A stretch of DNA of 64,000 bases, from IMG/VR virus record IMGVR_UViG_2667527573_000005, positions 62,001 to 126,000 of that record, one strand, 5' to 3'. Both the position numbers and the translations under genes were made by a program. The notes under the pieces are model-generated. The model was not told the DNA's origin and did no database searches. It saw nothing but the letters and a program-made list of their open reading frames with translations. Below are positions 1 through 8,170 of the stretch, piece by piece. Source of the stretch: an uncultured virus (IMG/VR IMGVR_UViG_2667527573_000005) (taxonomy: Duplodnaviria; Heunggongvirae; Uroviricota; Caudoviricetes). Position 1 is the first letter of the stretch. Every line of letters starts with the position of its first letter.

Positions 1-614
1 TCTTCATCCTCATCTGATGTGCCAAACCGTGCATTAAATGTAAACATAGACACGATTAAGTCGCCCTTTTTAAAAAGTTCTTTAATCTCTTCAACTGATT
101 TAGGATTAGTCTTTGGCACAGGTATTAAGCTTCCCTTAATGAATCTGCCTTCCCGTTGAGTATTATAGTTGTATTGTAGTATTGAGCTATTATATAGTTC
201 ACTTAATTCTTTCGCAGTAATTGAAGTCACATAATTATCTTCATTTATTTTTATTACGTTTTTAAATGTATAAGGAAGTGTTAGAACCTCTTCACCGGCA
301 AAAATTCTTCCGCCCTCTAACTCCTTAGCCAGCCTTGGTGGAAAATAACTCAAAGGGTCTAAAGCGGCTACGCCAGTAAGTTTGTGTAGTTCTTTAGAGA
401 AAATATAAACTTCCTTTTCATTCAAGCGTTGAATGTTATTATCATTGTTATTCAAAATTTCTTGTACATAACCAGGCAGCGTTTTATACTGCGCTCCCAT
501 GATTGCTTTTAATTCCTTTACTTTTCTGGAATCATGTTTAATATCAGACGCAACTTCTTCTATTTTATTTTTAAGCTTTAAAAGCTTATCTGTTGTCAAC
601 AGATCCTGAACCAC
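1..614 (-). CDS. yopQ: YopQ/SroE-like repression-module protein (partial, runs off window start)
   Basis: Hand-translated open frame from GTG at 614 (RBS GAGGTG): MVQDLLTTDKLLKLK...YNYNTQREG...; directly downstream of yopP; absent from ORF track because no stop in window. Confidence 0.75.
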   Translation of the reverse strand, partial: MVQDLLTTDKLLKLKNKIEEVASDIKHDSRKVKELKAIMGAQYKTLPGYVQEILNNNDNNIQRLNEKEVYIFSKELHKLTGVAALDPLSYFPPRLAKELEGGRIFAGEEVLTLPYTFKNVIKINEDNYVTSITAKELSELYNSSILQYNYNTQREGRFIKGSLIPVPKTNPKSVEEIKELFKKGDLIVSMFTFNARFGTSDEDE

Positions 615-698
615 AGTATCACCTCGCACATAATCATATTAAATTTATCATTACATTAACATACAAGTAAAGCATTTATATGATTATTTATATCACTT

Positions 699-1769
699 TT
701 ATTTTAATTCTAAAAATTTTTTGAGCTTTTTTAGAGTGGAAACATCACAATCTAAAAAGAACTGTCTAAACTGGTCTAATGTAACAGTATCCAGGAAATC
801 AATATCTATATCTTGATCAATTATAACACCAGGATCTTGAGAATAATCTCTTTCCTTATTTAGATAATGATCATTTAGCACATTGATGTTTTTATGTCCT
901 GAAAATGCTGCCACCTTTTTAATGTCTCCGCTTATATTATAAGAAAAATTAGTGGCTGTATTACGTAAACTGTGTGGCCTAAGATTTCTTTCCTGTGGAA
1001 TATTTAACACTCTGCAAACTCTGTGCCACATATCATTAATTGAGTCTACAGTTAATTTATGAAAGATCAGTTCATGCTCACCATACTCATTCTTGAGTGT
1101 TAACAACTCCTCATAAAAGGAGCTAGAAATACCTACTGGTCTCGCTTTCTTCTGTTTAGTCTTCTTGAAATTGACTAAGTAACAATCGTGCTTCGATGAA
1201 TACGTTATGTCTTCCCATTTTACTCGTAAGACTTCTGATTTTCTTGCTCCTGTGCGTACACTAAATAAAATAAAGAGCTTTTTCATTAACCTGTTCTGTC
1301 TCTCATGGATAAATGCAGCTTCTGCAAACTCTTCAGCTTCAGGAATCCCCTCAAATGAACCAGCTGGATTCTTCTCTGTCGGCAAGGGTCTAAAATTAAA
1401 AACGCTTGATTCACAATCGTGTTCTGACTCCAAGAATTTAATTAAACTTTTCAGTGCTGCGATTTTATTATTAATCGTAGCATTTGTATTATTTTTATTT
1501 TTAGCCAAATAAGTCCTATAATCCATTAAATCATTCTTTTTAATTATTACATCTTCTTCAGTTAAATATTCAATATCCTTACCAACTTGATAATTAAAGA
1601 ATTCTCTAATATGCCTTTCATAGGTGGTTCTAGTATTAGACTTTTCAATAAATCCTGATTTGTCATCCCTATTTCTCAAATCTAATTCATCAAACCATCT
1701 ATTTATGTCATTAAAAATGGAGTAATCCCTAACAGATGGTGTTTGCTTTTTCACTTCCAAGGTTTCCAC
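699..1769 (-). CDS. yopP: Tyrosine-recombinase-fold protein YopP/SroD
   Basis: RTGARKSEV, HSLR, SGH, HY motifs; 356 aa; position in sro operon. Confidence 0.85.
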   Translation of the reverse strand: METLEVKKQTPSVRDYSIFNDINRWFDELDLRNRDDKSGFIEKSNTRTTYERHIREFFNYQVGKDIEYLTEEDVIIKKNDLMDYRTYLAKNKNNTNATINNKIAALKSLIKFLESEHDCESSVFNFRPLPTEKNPAGSFEGIPEAEEFAEAAFIHERQNRLMKKLFILFSVRTGARKSEVLRVKWEDITYSSKHDCYLVNFKKTKQKKARPVGISSSFYEELLTLKNEYGEHELIFHKLTVDSINDMWHRVCRVLNIPQERNLRPHSLRNTATNFSYNISGDIKKVAAFSGHKNINVLNDHYLNKERDYSQDPGVIIDQDIDIDFLDTVTLDQFRQFFLDCDVSTLKKLKKFLELK

Positions 1770-1770
1770 C

Positions 1771-1935
1771 TCATTTAATTTTATCCATTAAATAAATATC
1801 TAACTCATACCACAATTTTAACCAATCAGTATCTTGCTTAAAGCTTCTTAGCAGCATAATATTTGTATTGCAGATTTCTATTTGCTCCAATAAGTCGTGA
1901 CCGTCTAGCAACTTAATCAAAATAGATAAATTCAA
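1771..1935 (-). CDS. Small sro-operon protein, YopO/SroC position (54 aa)
   Basis: Hand-translated TTG ORF MNLSILIKLLDGHDLLEQIEIC...MDKIK; stop abuts yopP start. Confidence 0.6.
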   Translation of the reverse strand: MNLSILIKLLDGHDLLEQIEICNTNIMLLRSFKQDTDWLKLWYELDIYLMDKIK

Positions 1936-1965
1936 TATAGCACCTACTTTAAGTATATTACTTGC

Positions 1966-2211
1966 TCAATGAACAGCTGAGTATTGTTTTGTCGCCTTAA
2001 TCTTGTCCCCTACATTTATCACAGGTTTACCAGTCAGTTCTTCAAAAAACTCATTTTCAAACCCTATCCATTCATCATTATGAACTTCTTCCTGCAAGTA
2101 ATTAAGATATGCTTCTGATATTCCTGGTTGCTCTAAAAATTTCAAGACAATCATATGCTTTTTCCAGACTTTCTTTTTATTTTCCTCGGTATAATATTTA
2201 TTGTTAGTCAT
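1966..2211 (-). CDS. yopN: YopN/SroB-like lysis-lysogeny protein
   Basis: 81 aa, RBS GGAG, second gene after aimX; resembles recalled SPbeta YopN. Confidence 0.65.
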   Translation of the reverse strand: MTNNKYYTEENKKKVWKKHMIVLKFLEQPGISEAYLNYLQEEVHNDEWIGFENEFFEELTGKPVINVGDKIKATKQYSAVH

Positions 2212-2227
2212 TTTATTTTTATTCTCC

Positions 2228-2434
2228 TTATATGCATTTAATTGTGTTATTTTGATCCTTAATAAGCATATGCTCTTTATGATTTCTTCTCATTGTAGTA
2301 ACATTATTAGGTGTAAACACATCTGGATCTTCCATATGAAGATTAACACGAGTAAAGCTCTTAAGTTGTTTTATGTATTGATACTGTCTTAATGAAGTAA
2401 CCTTATACTCTTCGTTTTTATTTGATTCTTCCAT
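2228..2434 (-). CDS. Small sro-operon protein, YopM/SroA position (68 aa)
   Basis: ATG at 2434 (MEESNKNEE) preceded by GGGAG; first gene after aimX. Confidence 0.6.
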   Translation of the reverse strand: MEESNKNEEYKVTSLRQYQYIKQLKSFTRVNLHMEDPDVFTPNNVTTMRRNHKEHMLIKDQNNTIKCI

Positions 2435-2584
2435 AGTCCCATCTCCCAACAACGTTATCTTATGTATCTTCATTATATCCGTTACCAATAGATTATGCAA
2501 TAATTAATTTTATTTTTATTCTAGACAAATAAACACATGTGCTCGATGTGTTTAAAATGTCTATTTTATTTAGTTTCAATATGC

Positions 2585-2740
2585 TCATGAAGCCAGGGTT
2601 TTATACCTTGTTTTAATCATTTCCGCTTCATTCTCAAGATGGTTGTCCTCTTGAGCAATTATTGAATTGATTGCAGCCATTTCCTCGTACCCTTTTGCCA
2701 TTTCTTCATAAGATATTGCTTTACCTAATGCTCTTTTCAT
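2585..2740 (-). CDS. aimX: AimX arbitrium effector (51 aa, MazE C-terminus mimic)
   Basis: Hand-translated MKRALGKAISYEEMAKGYEEMAAINSIIAQEDNHLENEAEMIKTRYKTLAS; MxxGYxEMAxIN resembles MazE/NdoAI; downstream of aimP. Confidence 0.88.
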   Translation of the reverse strand: MKRALGKAISYEEMAKGYEEMAAINSIIAQEDNHLENEAEMIKTRYKTLAS

Positions 2741-2753
2741 TCTAATAACCCCC

Positions 2754-2790
2754 ATGTTCTTATTTTTTGATTTTTGAATTTCTGGAACTT
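2754..2790. promoter_or_regulatory. Probable AimR operator
   Basis: ATGTTC-N25-GAACTT imperfect inverted repeat between aimP terminator and aimX; 6-bp arms with a 25-bp spacer is the known AimR-box architecture. Confidence 0.7.
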
Positions 2791-2804
2791 TCCCTTAAAA
2801 TTAG

Positions 2805-2837
2805 AAAAGACGCCTGATCCAATGGATCAAACGTCTT
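2805..2837 (-). terminator. Intrinsic terminator between aimP and aimX
   Basis: Minus strand AAGACGTTTGATCC-att-GGATCAGGCGTCTT followed by TTCT. Confidence 0.75.
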
Positions 2838-2861
2838 ACAAATATGTATTAAATTTTCTAA

Positions 2862-2993
2862 TTAGGCTCCTCGACTTGGAGACGCAACTTTAATTGGTTG
2901 ATCCACTGAAGCTGTTTCCATTGATTTTTGCCCACCTACAAAGCCAACTGCCAAAGCAATGACAATAATTAAACTATACAATACTTTTTTCAT
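2862..2993 (-). CDS. aimP: Arbitrium pre-pro-peptide AimP (43 aa), mature peptide predicted SPSRGA
   Basis: MKKVLYSLIIVIALAVGFVGGQKSMETASVDQPIKVA-SPSRGA; signal peptide, C-terminal RGA, RBS AAGGAGGTG, directly after aimR. Confidence 0.93.
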   Translation of the reverse strand: MKKVLYSLIIVIALAVGFVGGQKSMETASVDQPIKVASPSRGA

Positions 2994-3023
2994 TTTATTC
3001 ACCTCCTTTCAAGGTGAAAGAAG

Positions 3024-4199
3024 TTAAATAAGGATTAACTCAAGCAGATTCTCATCGCATCCCATTTTTCTGAGCTTTCCTAAGGGAAGGTTAATAAACA
3101 TTTTGTCCCCTGACTTTTTCAATTTTGCTGTACTTTCATAAAAATAAGACTTTTCTTGATAAATCAACCCCTTTATATAATCTAAAATTCCCGCATCATA
3201 AAGATATAAATCCCTTTTTTCAAGGCTGCTTATAACTGAAATTGCTTTATCGTATTGCTTTTTGTTTGTATAATAATATGCTACCTCAATTTGATCAGCT
3301 ACTAGATTAGAGTTGAAATCAACCCATTGATTTTCCTTATTCCACACATTATTTAAAAAACACAATGCTAAACGAAGCTTGTAGTCATGATGTGTATTCG
3401 TCTTAGCAAAAGTACGACCTAATTCATAGCTTTCTTTTGCCTTATCATAGCTTTCAAATATTAATGTATTACCATAAGTCAAATACCCAAAGACCTTTAA
3501 ACGTTCGATATCAGTGTTTGTTATTACCTCTTCAGAATAATACCTAGATTTCTCAAGATCATTATCATTCAGGTAAATATTTGCCTTTAATAAAGCAACT
3601 CTTGACGCATACGAGTCTTTTATAAAGCCATTTGGCAACTCATCCAAATCAAGCAGTTTTGCAGTGCTCTTCATTAATCCAAATTCACCAATGTTTAGAT
3701 ATTCATACATAAGCATTGCATTTGAAAAGAAAAGCATTTCAGGGGTCTTTATCTTACATTTACCAGTTTCTCTAATTGCATCATTTAAACCTAGTTCACT
3801 TTTGTTCAATTTCCTATGTATGCTGTAGATATTGCCCCATTCTTGGCTAGTTGCATTTTTAGAATTACATAAATTTAAAATGATTTTGTCTGTAAGTGAA
3901 TCCCATTGATTTATATCTGAGTATTCAACCGACTGCCTTGCACACTTTTTATTAGGGTCTAGCTGTAAAAAGTATTCGCTCAAAAGCTGTTCTTCTTTTT
4001 CTGAAAATAAGCTCTTAACAATCTTAATTAGACCACCCAAGTTTTCCATTTCTTTTTCTGGGGTGTTCACAAACTTATAAAAACCATTTACTTTTTCATA
4101 ACCAGCCAATTTAGCAAGTCGAGCTGCAAGCTGATTATCTTTTTCACATTCGTTCTTAATCATCTGCTTTAATTTCAACTTGTCCCCCCCTTTATTCAC
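3024..4199 (-). CDS. aimR: AimR arbitrium receptor (HTH + TPR); real start probably a few codons downstream
   Basis: MIKNECEKDNQLAARLAKLAGYEKVNGFYKFVNTPEKEMENLGGL matches recalled phi3T AimR N-terminus; followed by aimP. Confidence 0.93.
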   Translation of the reverse strand: MNKGGDKLKLKQMIKNECEKDNQLAARLAKLAGYEKVNGFYKFVNTPEKEMENLGGLIKIVKSLFSEKEEQLLSEYFLQLDPNKKCARQSVEYSDINQWDSLTDKIILNLCNSKNATSQEWGNIYSIHRKLNKSELGLNDAIRETGKCKIKTPEMLFFSNAMLMYEYLNIGEFGLMKSTAKLLDLDELPNGFIKDSYASRVALLKANIYLNDNDLEKSRYYSEEVITNTDIERLKVFGYLTYGNTLIFESYDKAKESYELGRTFAKTNTHHDYKLRLALCFLNNVWNKENQWVDFNSNLVADQIEVAYYYTNKKQYDKAISVISSLEKRDLYLYDAGILDYIKGLIYQEKSYFYESTAKLKKSGDKMFINLPLGKLRKMGCDENLLELILI

Positions 4200-4219
4200 T
4201 TATCACTTCCCTTGTTTAT

Positions 4220-4270
4220 AATATACCTCATAGTTATCAGAATTTCAAGTATATATTTTATTTTTACTCT
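4220..4270 (-). promoter_or_regulatory. SigA-like aimR promoter with upstream copy of the AGAATAAAAATAAAA repeat
   Basis: TTGAAA-17-TATATT on minus strand (4248..4220); one-mismatch repeat at 4256-4270. Confidence 0.55.
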
Positions 4271-4448
4271 TTATTTGTTGTTAAATCAATGAAATTCTTA
4301 TTTTAATTAGATACAATGAGGAATAGCTCCTCATTGTACAAAGTTAATTCTCCACCTTTAAACGCCATGTTTTAGATTGTGATAAACCTCTTCTGCGATA
4401 TCTTTTGCAAATTTGTCGCAGATTTCCCTATCAAAATTCCTTAAACAC

Positions 4449-4841
4449 TTAGCAAAACGTTAATACTCCCAAAATTATATAAATCAATATTCTTGAAAAT
4501 TTCACTTTAAAGAATAAAGCTCGGTAATTGTCTTTAAAAACATAGATGAAACTTAGAAGCAAGGGAAACGTCTGAAATACAGGCAACACCAAATTTGCTA
4601 TTAAGATGTTCCCTTGAGATATTCTCAGTATAAAATTGCCAACATGCTCAAAATAAATTACATAGGTGATCCATGATAAAGATACAGAAAAAAGCAAAAG
4701 AAGCTTCAAAAAACCTACTTTGTTTAATAATTGCTCTGTTTCAATTAATGTCCTCTTAATCGAGTTTATATTATACTTAATAAATTCTCTAAATGAATTA
4801 GTATCTTTTTGATAAGAAGTTGAAGTTTGATTTACTTTCAA
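4449..4841 (-). CDS. Membrane protein, probably C-terminally truncated
   Basis: RBS GAGGGG, three hydrophobic segments, stops inside the last one. Confidence 0.5.
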   Translation of the reverse strand: MKVNQTSTSYQKDTNSFREFIKYNINSIKRTLIETEQLLNKVGFLKLLLLFSVSLSWITYVIYFEHVGNFILRISQGNILIANLVLPVFQTFPLLLSFIYVFKDNYRALFFKVKFSRILIYIILGVLTFC

Positions 4842-4869
4842 TTTATACGTTCCCCTCAGATCCGCTCTA

Positions 4870-5171
4870 TTAGTGTTCCTCTCTCATCTTTTTGTTTAGT
4901 TTGAACCCAATTAAGATATTGACAATAGCTGCTGGAAGATATAAAACTCCTGCACCTATTATTCCTAATGCAGTACTTGAACTCACTATAAATATCTGCA
5001 TTTCTGTGTTTCTTGACTTCAAGCTAAGTAATACTAGAAGGCCAGCTAAAACCCCCATAAGACGTGCAATACCTGGAATAAAGAAATCTGTTAGGACTCC
5101 AAATAATTGCCCTATAATTGATAGCACAATCCCTAAAAAGCTGGACAATAAAACTAAATTTTTAATGGCAT
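4870..5171 (-). pseudogene. Small membrane-protein gene with apparent 1-nt deletion near the start
   Basis: RBS AAGGGGTG + ATG at 5171 reads MPLKI-stop; one extra A in the A5 run joins it in frame to ORF 4870..5148. Confidence 0.45.
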
Positions 5172-5182
5172 TTCACCCCTTT

Positions 5183-5314
5183 TCAAAGCCGCTTCCATTC
5201 CACATACTCAAACCGTTTATGATATAGGTCTTCAAGTATAGCAGCCCATTCAATCCAACCTTCTGCAACAATGTTTTTCTTTTCTCCATTCTCAATCCAC
5301 TCTATCCAATACAC
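5183..5314 (-). CDS. yopG: YopG-like small protein (43 aa)
   Basis: Hand-translated MYWIEWIENGEKKNIVAEGWIEWAAILEDLYHKRFEYVEWKRL; RBS AGGAG; size and order match yopE-F-G. Confidence 0.7.
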   Translation of the reverse strand: MYWIEWIENGEKKNIVAEGWIEWAAILEDLYHKRFEYVEWKRL

Positions 5315-5324
5315 CTGAACACTC

Positions 5325-5540
5325 CTAACGCTTTACGACTTGAATTTCCCTTACCTCACATTGCACATTACACTTCGTTTTAAGCTCACTTGCTACCTCG
5401 ATGACTTCTAACATATTATGCATTTTAGAAGCTTCATGGAGGTCGCTAGATGTCAAATAACCACTCTCATCTAATTTAAATGCTTTAAAGTATTCCTTGT
5501 TTTCAAACTGCAGTACATAAAAATAATCAATCAAAGGCAT
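5325..5540 (-). CDS. yopF: YopF-like hypothetical protein
   Basis: 71 aa, synteny. Confidence 0.7.
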   Translation of the reverse strand: MPLIDYFYVLQFENKEYFKAFKLDESGYLTSSDLHEASKMHNMLEVIEVASELKTKCNVQCEVREIQVVKR

Positions 5541-5543
5541 AAA

Positions 5544-5795
5544 TCAACCTCTTTTAAATAATTTTGTAATCCTCATTGCCAATGGCAGTAAACCAATTAA
5601 CATAAAAAAAGCAATCACATTAAGCTTATTTTTGAAAAACAGGCTGGCCAAATTCCTTTCCATGCCCGCTGCTGTTTCTTTATCCATGAGTTCTTTAAAC
5701 TCTTCATCATAGACCTGATCAACAAAAATAAACTTAATGCCGGTCAATAATCCAACTCCAAGCCAGATAATTAAAAAATAAGCTAATCCAATCAT
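5544..5795 (-). CDS. yopE: YopE-like membrane protein
   Basis: 83 aa, two TM segments, RBS GGGAGG, synteny. Confidence 0.7.
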   Translation of the reverse strand: MIGLAYFLIIWLGVGLLTGIKFIFVDQVYDEEFKELMDKETAAGMERNLASLFFKNKLNVIAFFMLIGLLPLAMRITKLFKRG

Positions 5796-5853
5796 TTGTT
5801 CCCTCCCTATATCGAACGAAATTTGCTATTCTTGAGTATGTTGAATAAATTAT

Positions 5854-6045
5854 GTGGGTGATCTTGTGGAAGAGAAGTTTGAAACAAACGGGTATGATAC
5901 TTCAATCGTTTATGATTACAAAGAATATCCAGATGTAAAATACGGACGCTGCGACAACTGTGATTACACACTGTTCAAAAGCTCTGTGAAGAGTGGAATA
6001 TTCTTGCGTGAATGCCGGCGTTGCGGTATGAAAAAGAGCATTTAG
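5854..6045 (+). CDS. Small zinc-ribbon protein
   Basis: CDNC...CRRC; followed by bidirectional terminator. Confidence 0.7.
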   Translation: MGDLVEEKFETNGYDTSIVYDYKEYPDVKYGRCDNCDYTLFKSSVKSGIFLRECRRCGMKKSI

Positions 6046-6061
6046 ATTAATGCTCTTTTTT
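6031..6061. terminator. Bidirectional terminator
   Basis: AAAAAGAGCATT-tagatt-AATGCTCTTTTT between convergent genes. Confidence 0.7.
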
Positions 6062-6082
6062 GTAATATTGAACCCTTAATCA

Positions 6083-6718
6083 CTAGTTATGATGGTATTC
6101 TTTAATTCCATCAGAAGATATCACAACAGAATAAGCTGTTTTACCAATCATTTCATCGTCTGCCCGCTTTATTGCTTTAAAATTAAGTCGTGCAAAGTTT
6201 CTCGGATTTTTATAATAGTGATCTCGCTTTAACACTTCTGCAGATATAAACCTTATAGCTTCTTTCTCTGCATCTCCGTTGCTGTTTGAGTTCAATTTTA
6301 CACTTAATTCTTCAATTTCTAGACCACTATAATCATCATCTGATGAAAAACCAAATAATTTTGGTTCGTGTTGTCGCATGAACCCGACATAAAATACAGA
6401 TACTGGTTTGATTCCAGGATAGACCGCTTGGAAATGTGCTTTCCCGTATTTAAATGAGTCTCTAAAAATACCAAGTGGGTCAATGCTATGCAGATTTAAA
6501 ACATCAACATTTTGATTTAGCAATTCAAATGCCTTTTCTGCTATTAGAGTGGATCCAGCAAACGAAACAATGTACTTATTGTCTATTATTTTTATCTTAA
6601 TATAGTCATCTGATTTAATTTTTAACAATTCACCAGAGCAGCTGTCTGTTTCTGTCTGTCTTTTATCAGCAGTCATTATTATGTTATTGCTCCATTTTAC
6701 TGCTACAATCATCGTCAT
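6083..6718 (-). CDS. Ntn-hydrolase / proteasome-beta(HslV)-like protein
   Basis: N-terminal (M)TMIVAV, ADKR at ~17-20, KIKII and SFAGS in the spacing typical of proteasome beta subunits. Confidence 0.6.
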   Translation of the reverse strand: MTMIVAVKWSNNIIMTADKRQTETDSCSGELLKIKSDDYIKIKIIDNKYIVSFAGSTLIAEKAFELLNQNVDVLNLHSIDPLGIFRDSFKYGKAHFQAVYPGIKPVSVFYVGFMRQHEPKLFGFSSDDDYSGLEIEELSVKLNSNSNGDAEKEAIRFISAEVLKRDHYYKNPRNFARLNFKAIKRADDEMIGKTAYSVVISSDGIKEYHHN

Positions 6719-6860
6719 TTATAAATTCAAACCTCCCTAATATTAAAAATAAGAATTACTGATACACCCTTACTCTTGGAATCTGAATAAAAGTACGATT
6801 TTATGTAGACCCAGAAAACTTGTAATTCCTTCCTATGCTTGTAACTTTAGTATACCATTT

Positions 6861-7097
6861 TCATCCTGAGTGATCGATATGGTTATGGCTTTTTTCGAAT
6901 ATCAGCAATTCCTGCAGCTCGATGTTTAGGTATGTACAGACTTTATCTAACAGATCTCTTGGATACCGCTCCATTTCGTCATTATAAAGCTTTCTGACAG
7001 TTGGATACTCATGATCAATATCCCTAGATAGCTTCCGGATACTGATCTTTCTTTCGTCTATTATGGGCTTTAAATTTGATTTAATGATTGTTGTCAC
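6861..7097 (-). CDS. yopB: XRE-family HTH regulator, YopB-like
   Basis: [31 protein letters not shown]...[15 protein letters not shown]. Confidence 0.75.
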   Translation of the reverse strand: MTTIIKSNLKPIIDERKISIRKLSRDIDHEYPTVRKLYNDEMERYPRDLLDKVCTYLNIELQELLIFEKSHNHIDHSG

Positions 7098-7180
7098 CTC
7101 TTAGTTATTTCTGATCACTTAAAATGATCATTAACTAAATAATAATGGCCAAGGCTTTTTTCTCCTTGGCCTCGCTGAAT

Positions 7181-7618
7181 TTAATACTCATCAGGCTCTT
7201 CATGTTCAAATCCATAAATACCGTTTATCCAAACATCTCCACAACCTGGATTCTTTGTAATCTCTAACACGTGATTACGATTAGCATCTCCTTCTACTCG
7301 GTCTGTAGCAGTATAGTCTAAATAATTTCCGGTAAATTCTTTCTCACTACGTGGGAATACCCAGCCAGCAAGAGTAATTCTGCTGATTTTCATATTTAGA
7401 GTACAACCTTCAGCATTGCGAATTGTGAATTTGTAAAATAGCCAAGTACGGTCATAATCACGATCAAAATAATCTGCCATAGAAAAACTTTCTGAATCCT
7501 CACTCATGTGAAAGTTAACATTTTTGTACTCTAATGTAAGCTTTGCCTCGGCATTTGGAATACTAAAACTCGACATAAAGCCAAGGCAAATCATAGTTAG
7601 AGCGATTAATTTTTTCAT
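7181..7618 (-). CDS. Secreted hypothetical protein
   Basis: Sec signal peptide MKKLIALTMICLGF...AEA; RBS GGAGAGG; hairpin 7147-7171 downstream. Confidence 0.75.
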   Translation of the reverse strand: MKKLIALTMICLGFMSSFSIPNAEAKLTLEYKNVNFHMSEDSESFSMADYFDRDYDRTWLFYKFTIRNAEGCTLNMKISRITLAGWVFPRSEKEFTGNYLDYTATDRVEGDANRNHVLEITKNPGCGDVWINGIYGFEHEEPDEY

Positions 7619-7708
7619 TCCCTCTCCCCCTTTTATTCCAATTGTAATATAAATTGGTAATTAAAGGATAGTCTTTTTTCTTAATAAGGAAGAAATTTTA
7701 TGACGTTC

Positions 7709-8092
7709 TTACTTAGCTGCTTTCTTTGCCTTGTTTTGCAGAAAAACTGAATCCCAGATCCAAAAGATTACAGCAAAGGAAATGCTAAATAAGTAAATTT
7801 CATATCCCATTAGAAAGTCTATTGTGGTTTTTGGGTCAGTAGTTATAGCAAAGATTAACCACACTAAAAAGGAAAAGAATATGTATGTAAGCAAATAGTT
7901 CAGGCTAAACCTTTTTGGATTGCGATTCAAGAAATATTGAACAGGTGCAGCAAAGATTAAATAGAAGATAAAGAGAATAACACTTATTAAGAAGTACGGA
8001 ATATAACCATCATAATCAATGCCCAAAACATAAACAACAGCAGCTGATAACGCAGACAAGACATGAACAATAAAGATCCTTAAAATTTGCAT
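7709..8092 (-). CDS. UPF0715-like four-TM membrane protein
   Basis: Likely ATG 8092 (RBS AAAGGGG); FYLIFAAPVQYFL...KRFSLNYL...FWIWD pattern. Confidence 0.65.
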   Translation of the reverse strand: MQILRIFIVHVLSALSAAVVYVLGIDYDGYIPYFLISVILFIFYLIFAAPVQYFLNRNPKRFSLNYLLTYIFFSFLVWLIFAITTDPKTTIDFLMGYEIYLFSISFAVIFWIWDSVFLQNKAKKAAK

Positions 8093-8170
8093 GTTTATAA
8101 CCCCTTTCATGTTAAAAGCTTCTTCAACATTGTCTAGACGCCTCCTTAAAATCACTTTAAAATCCATGTT

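Noticed and set aside
2530..2554. LexA/DinR box in TAAACACAT-N7-ATGTGTTTA downstream of aimX
   Set aside because: Poor match to GAAC-N4-GTTC; reads equally well as a hairpin
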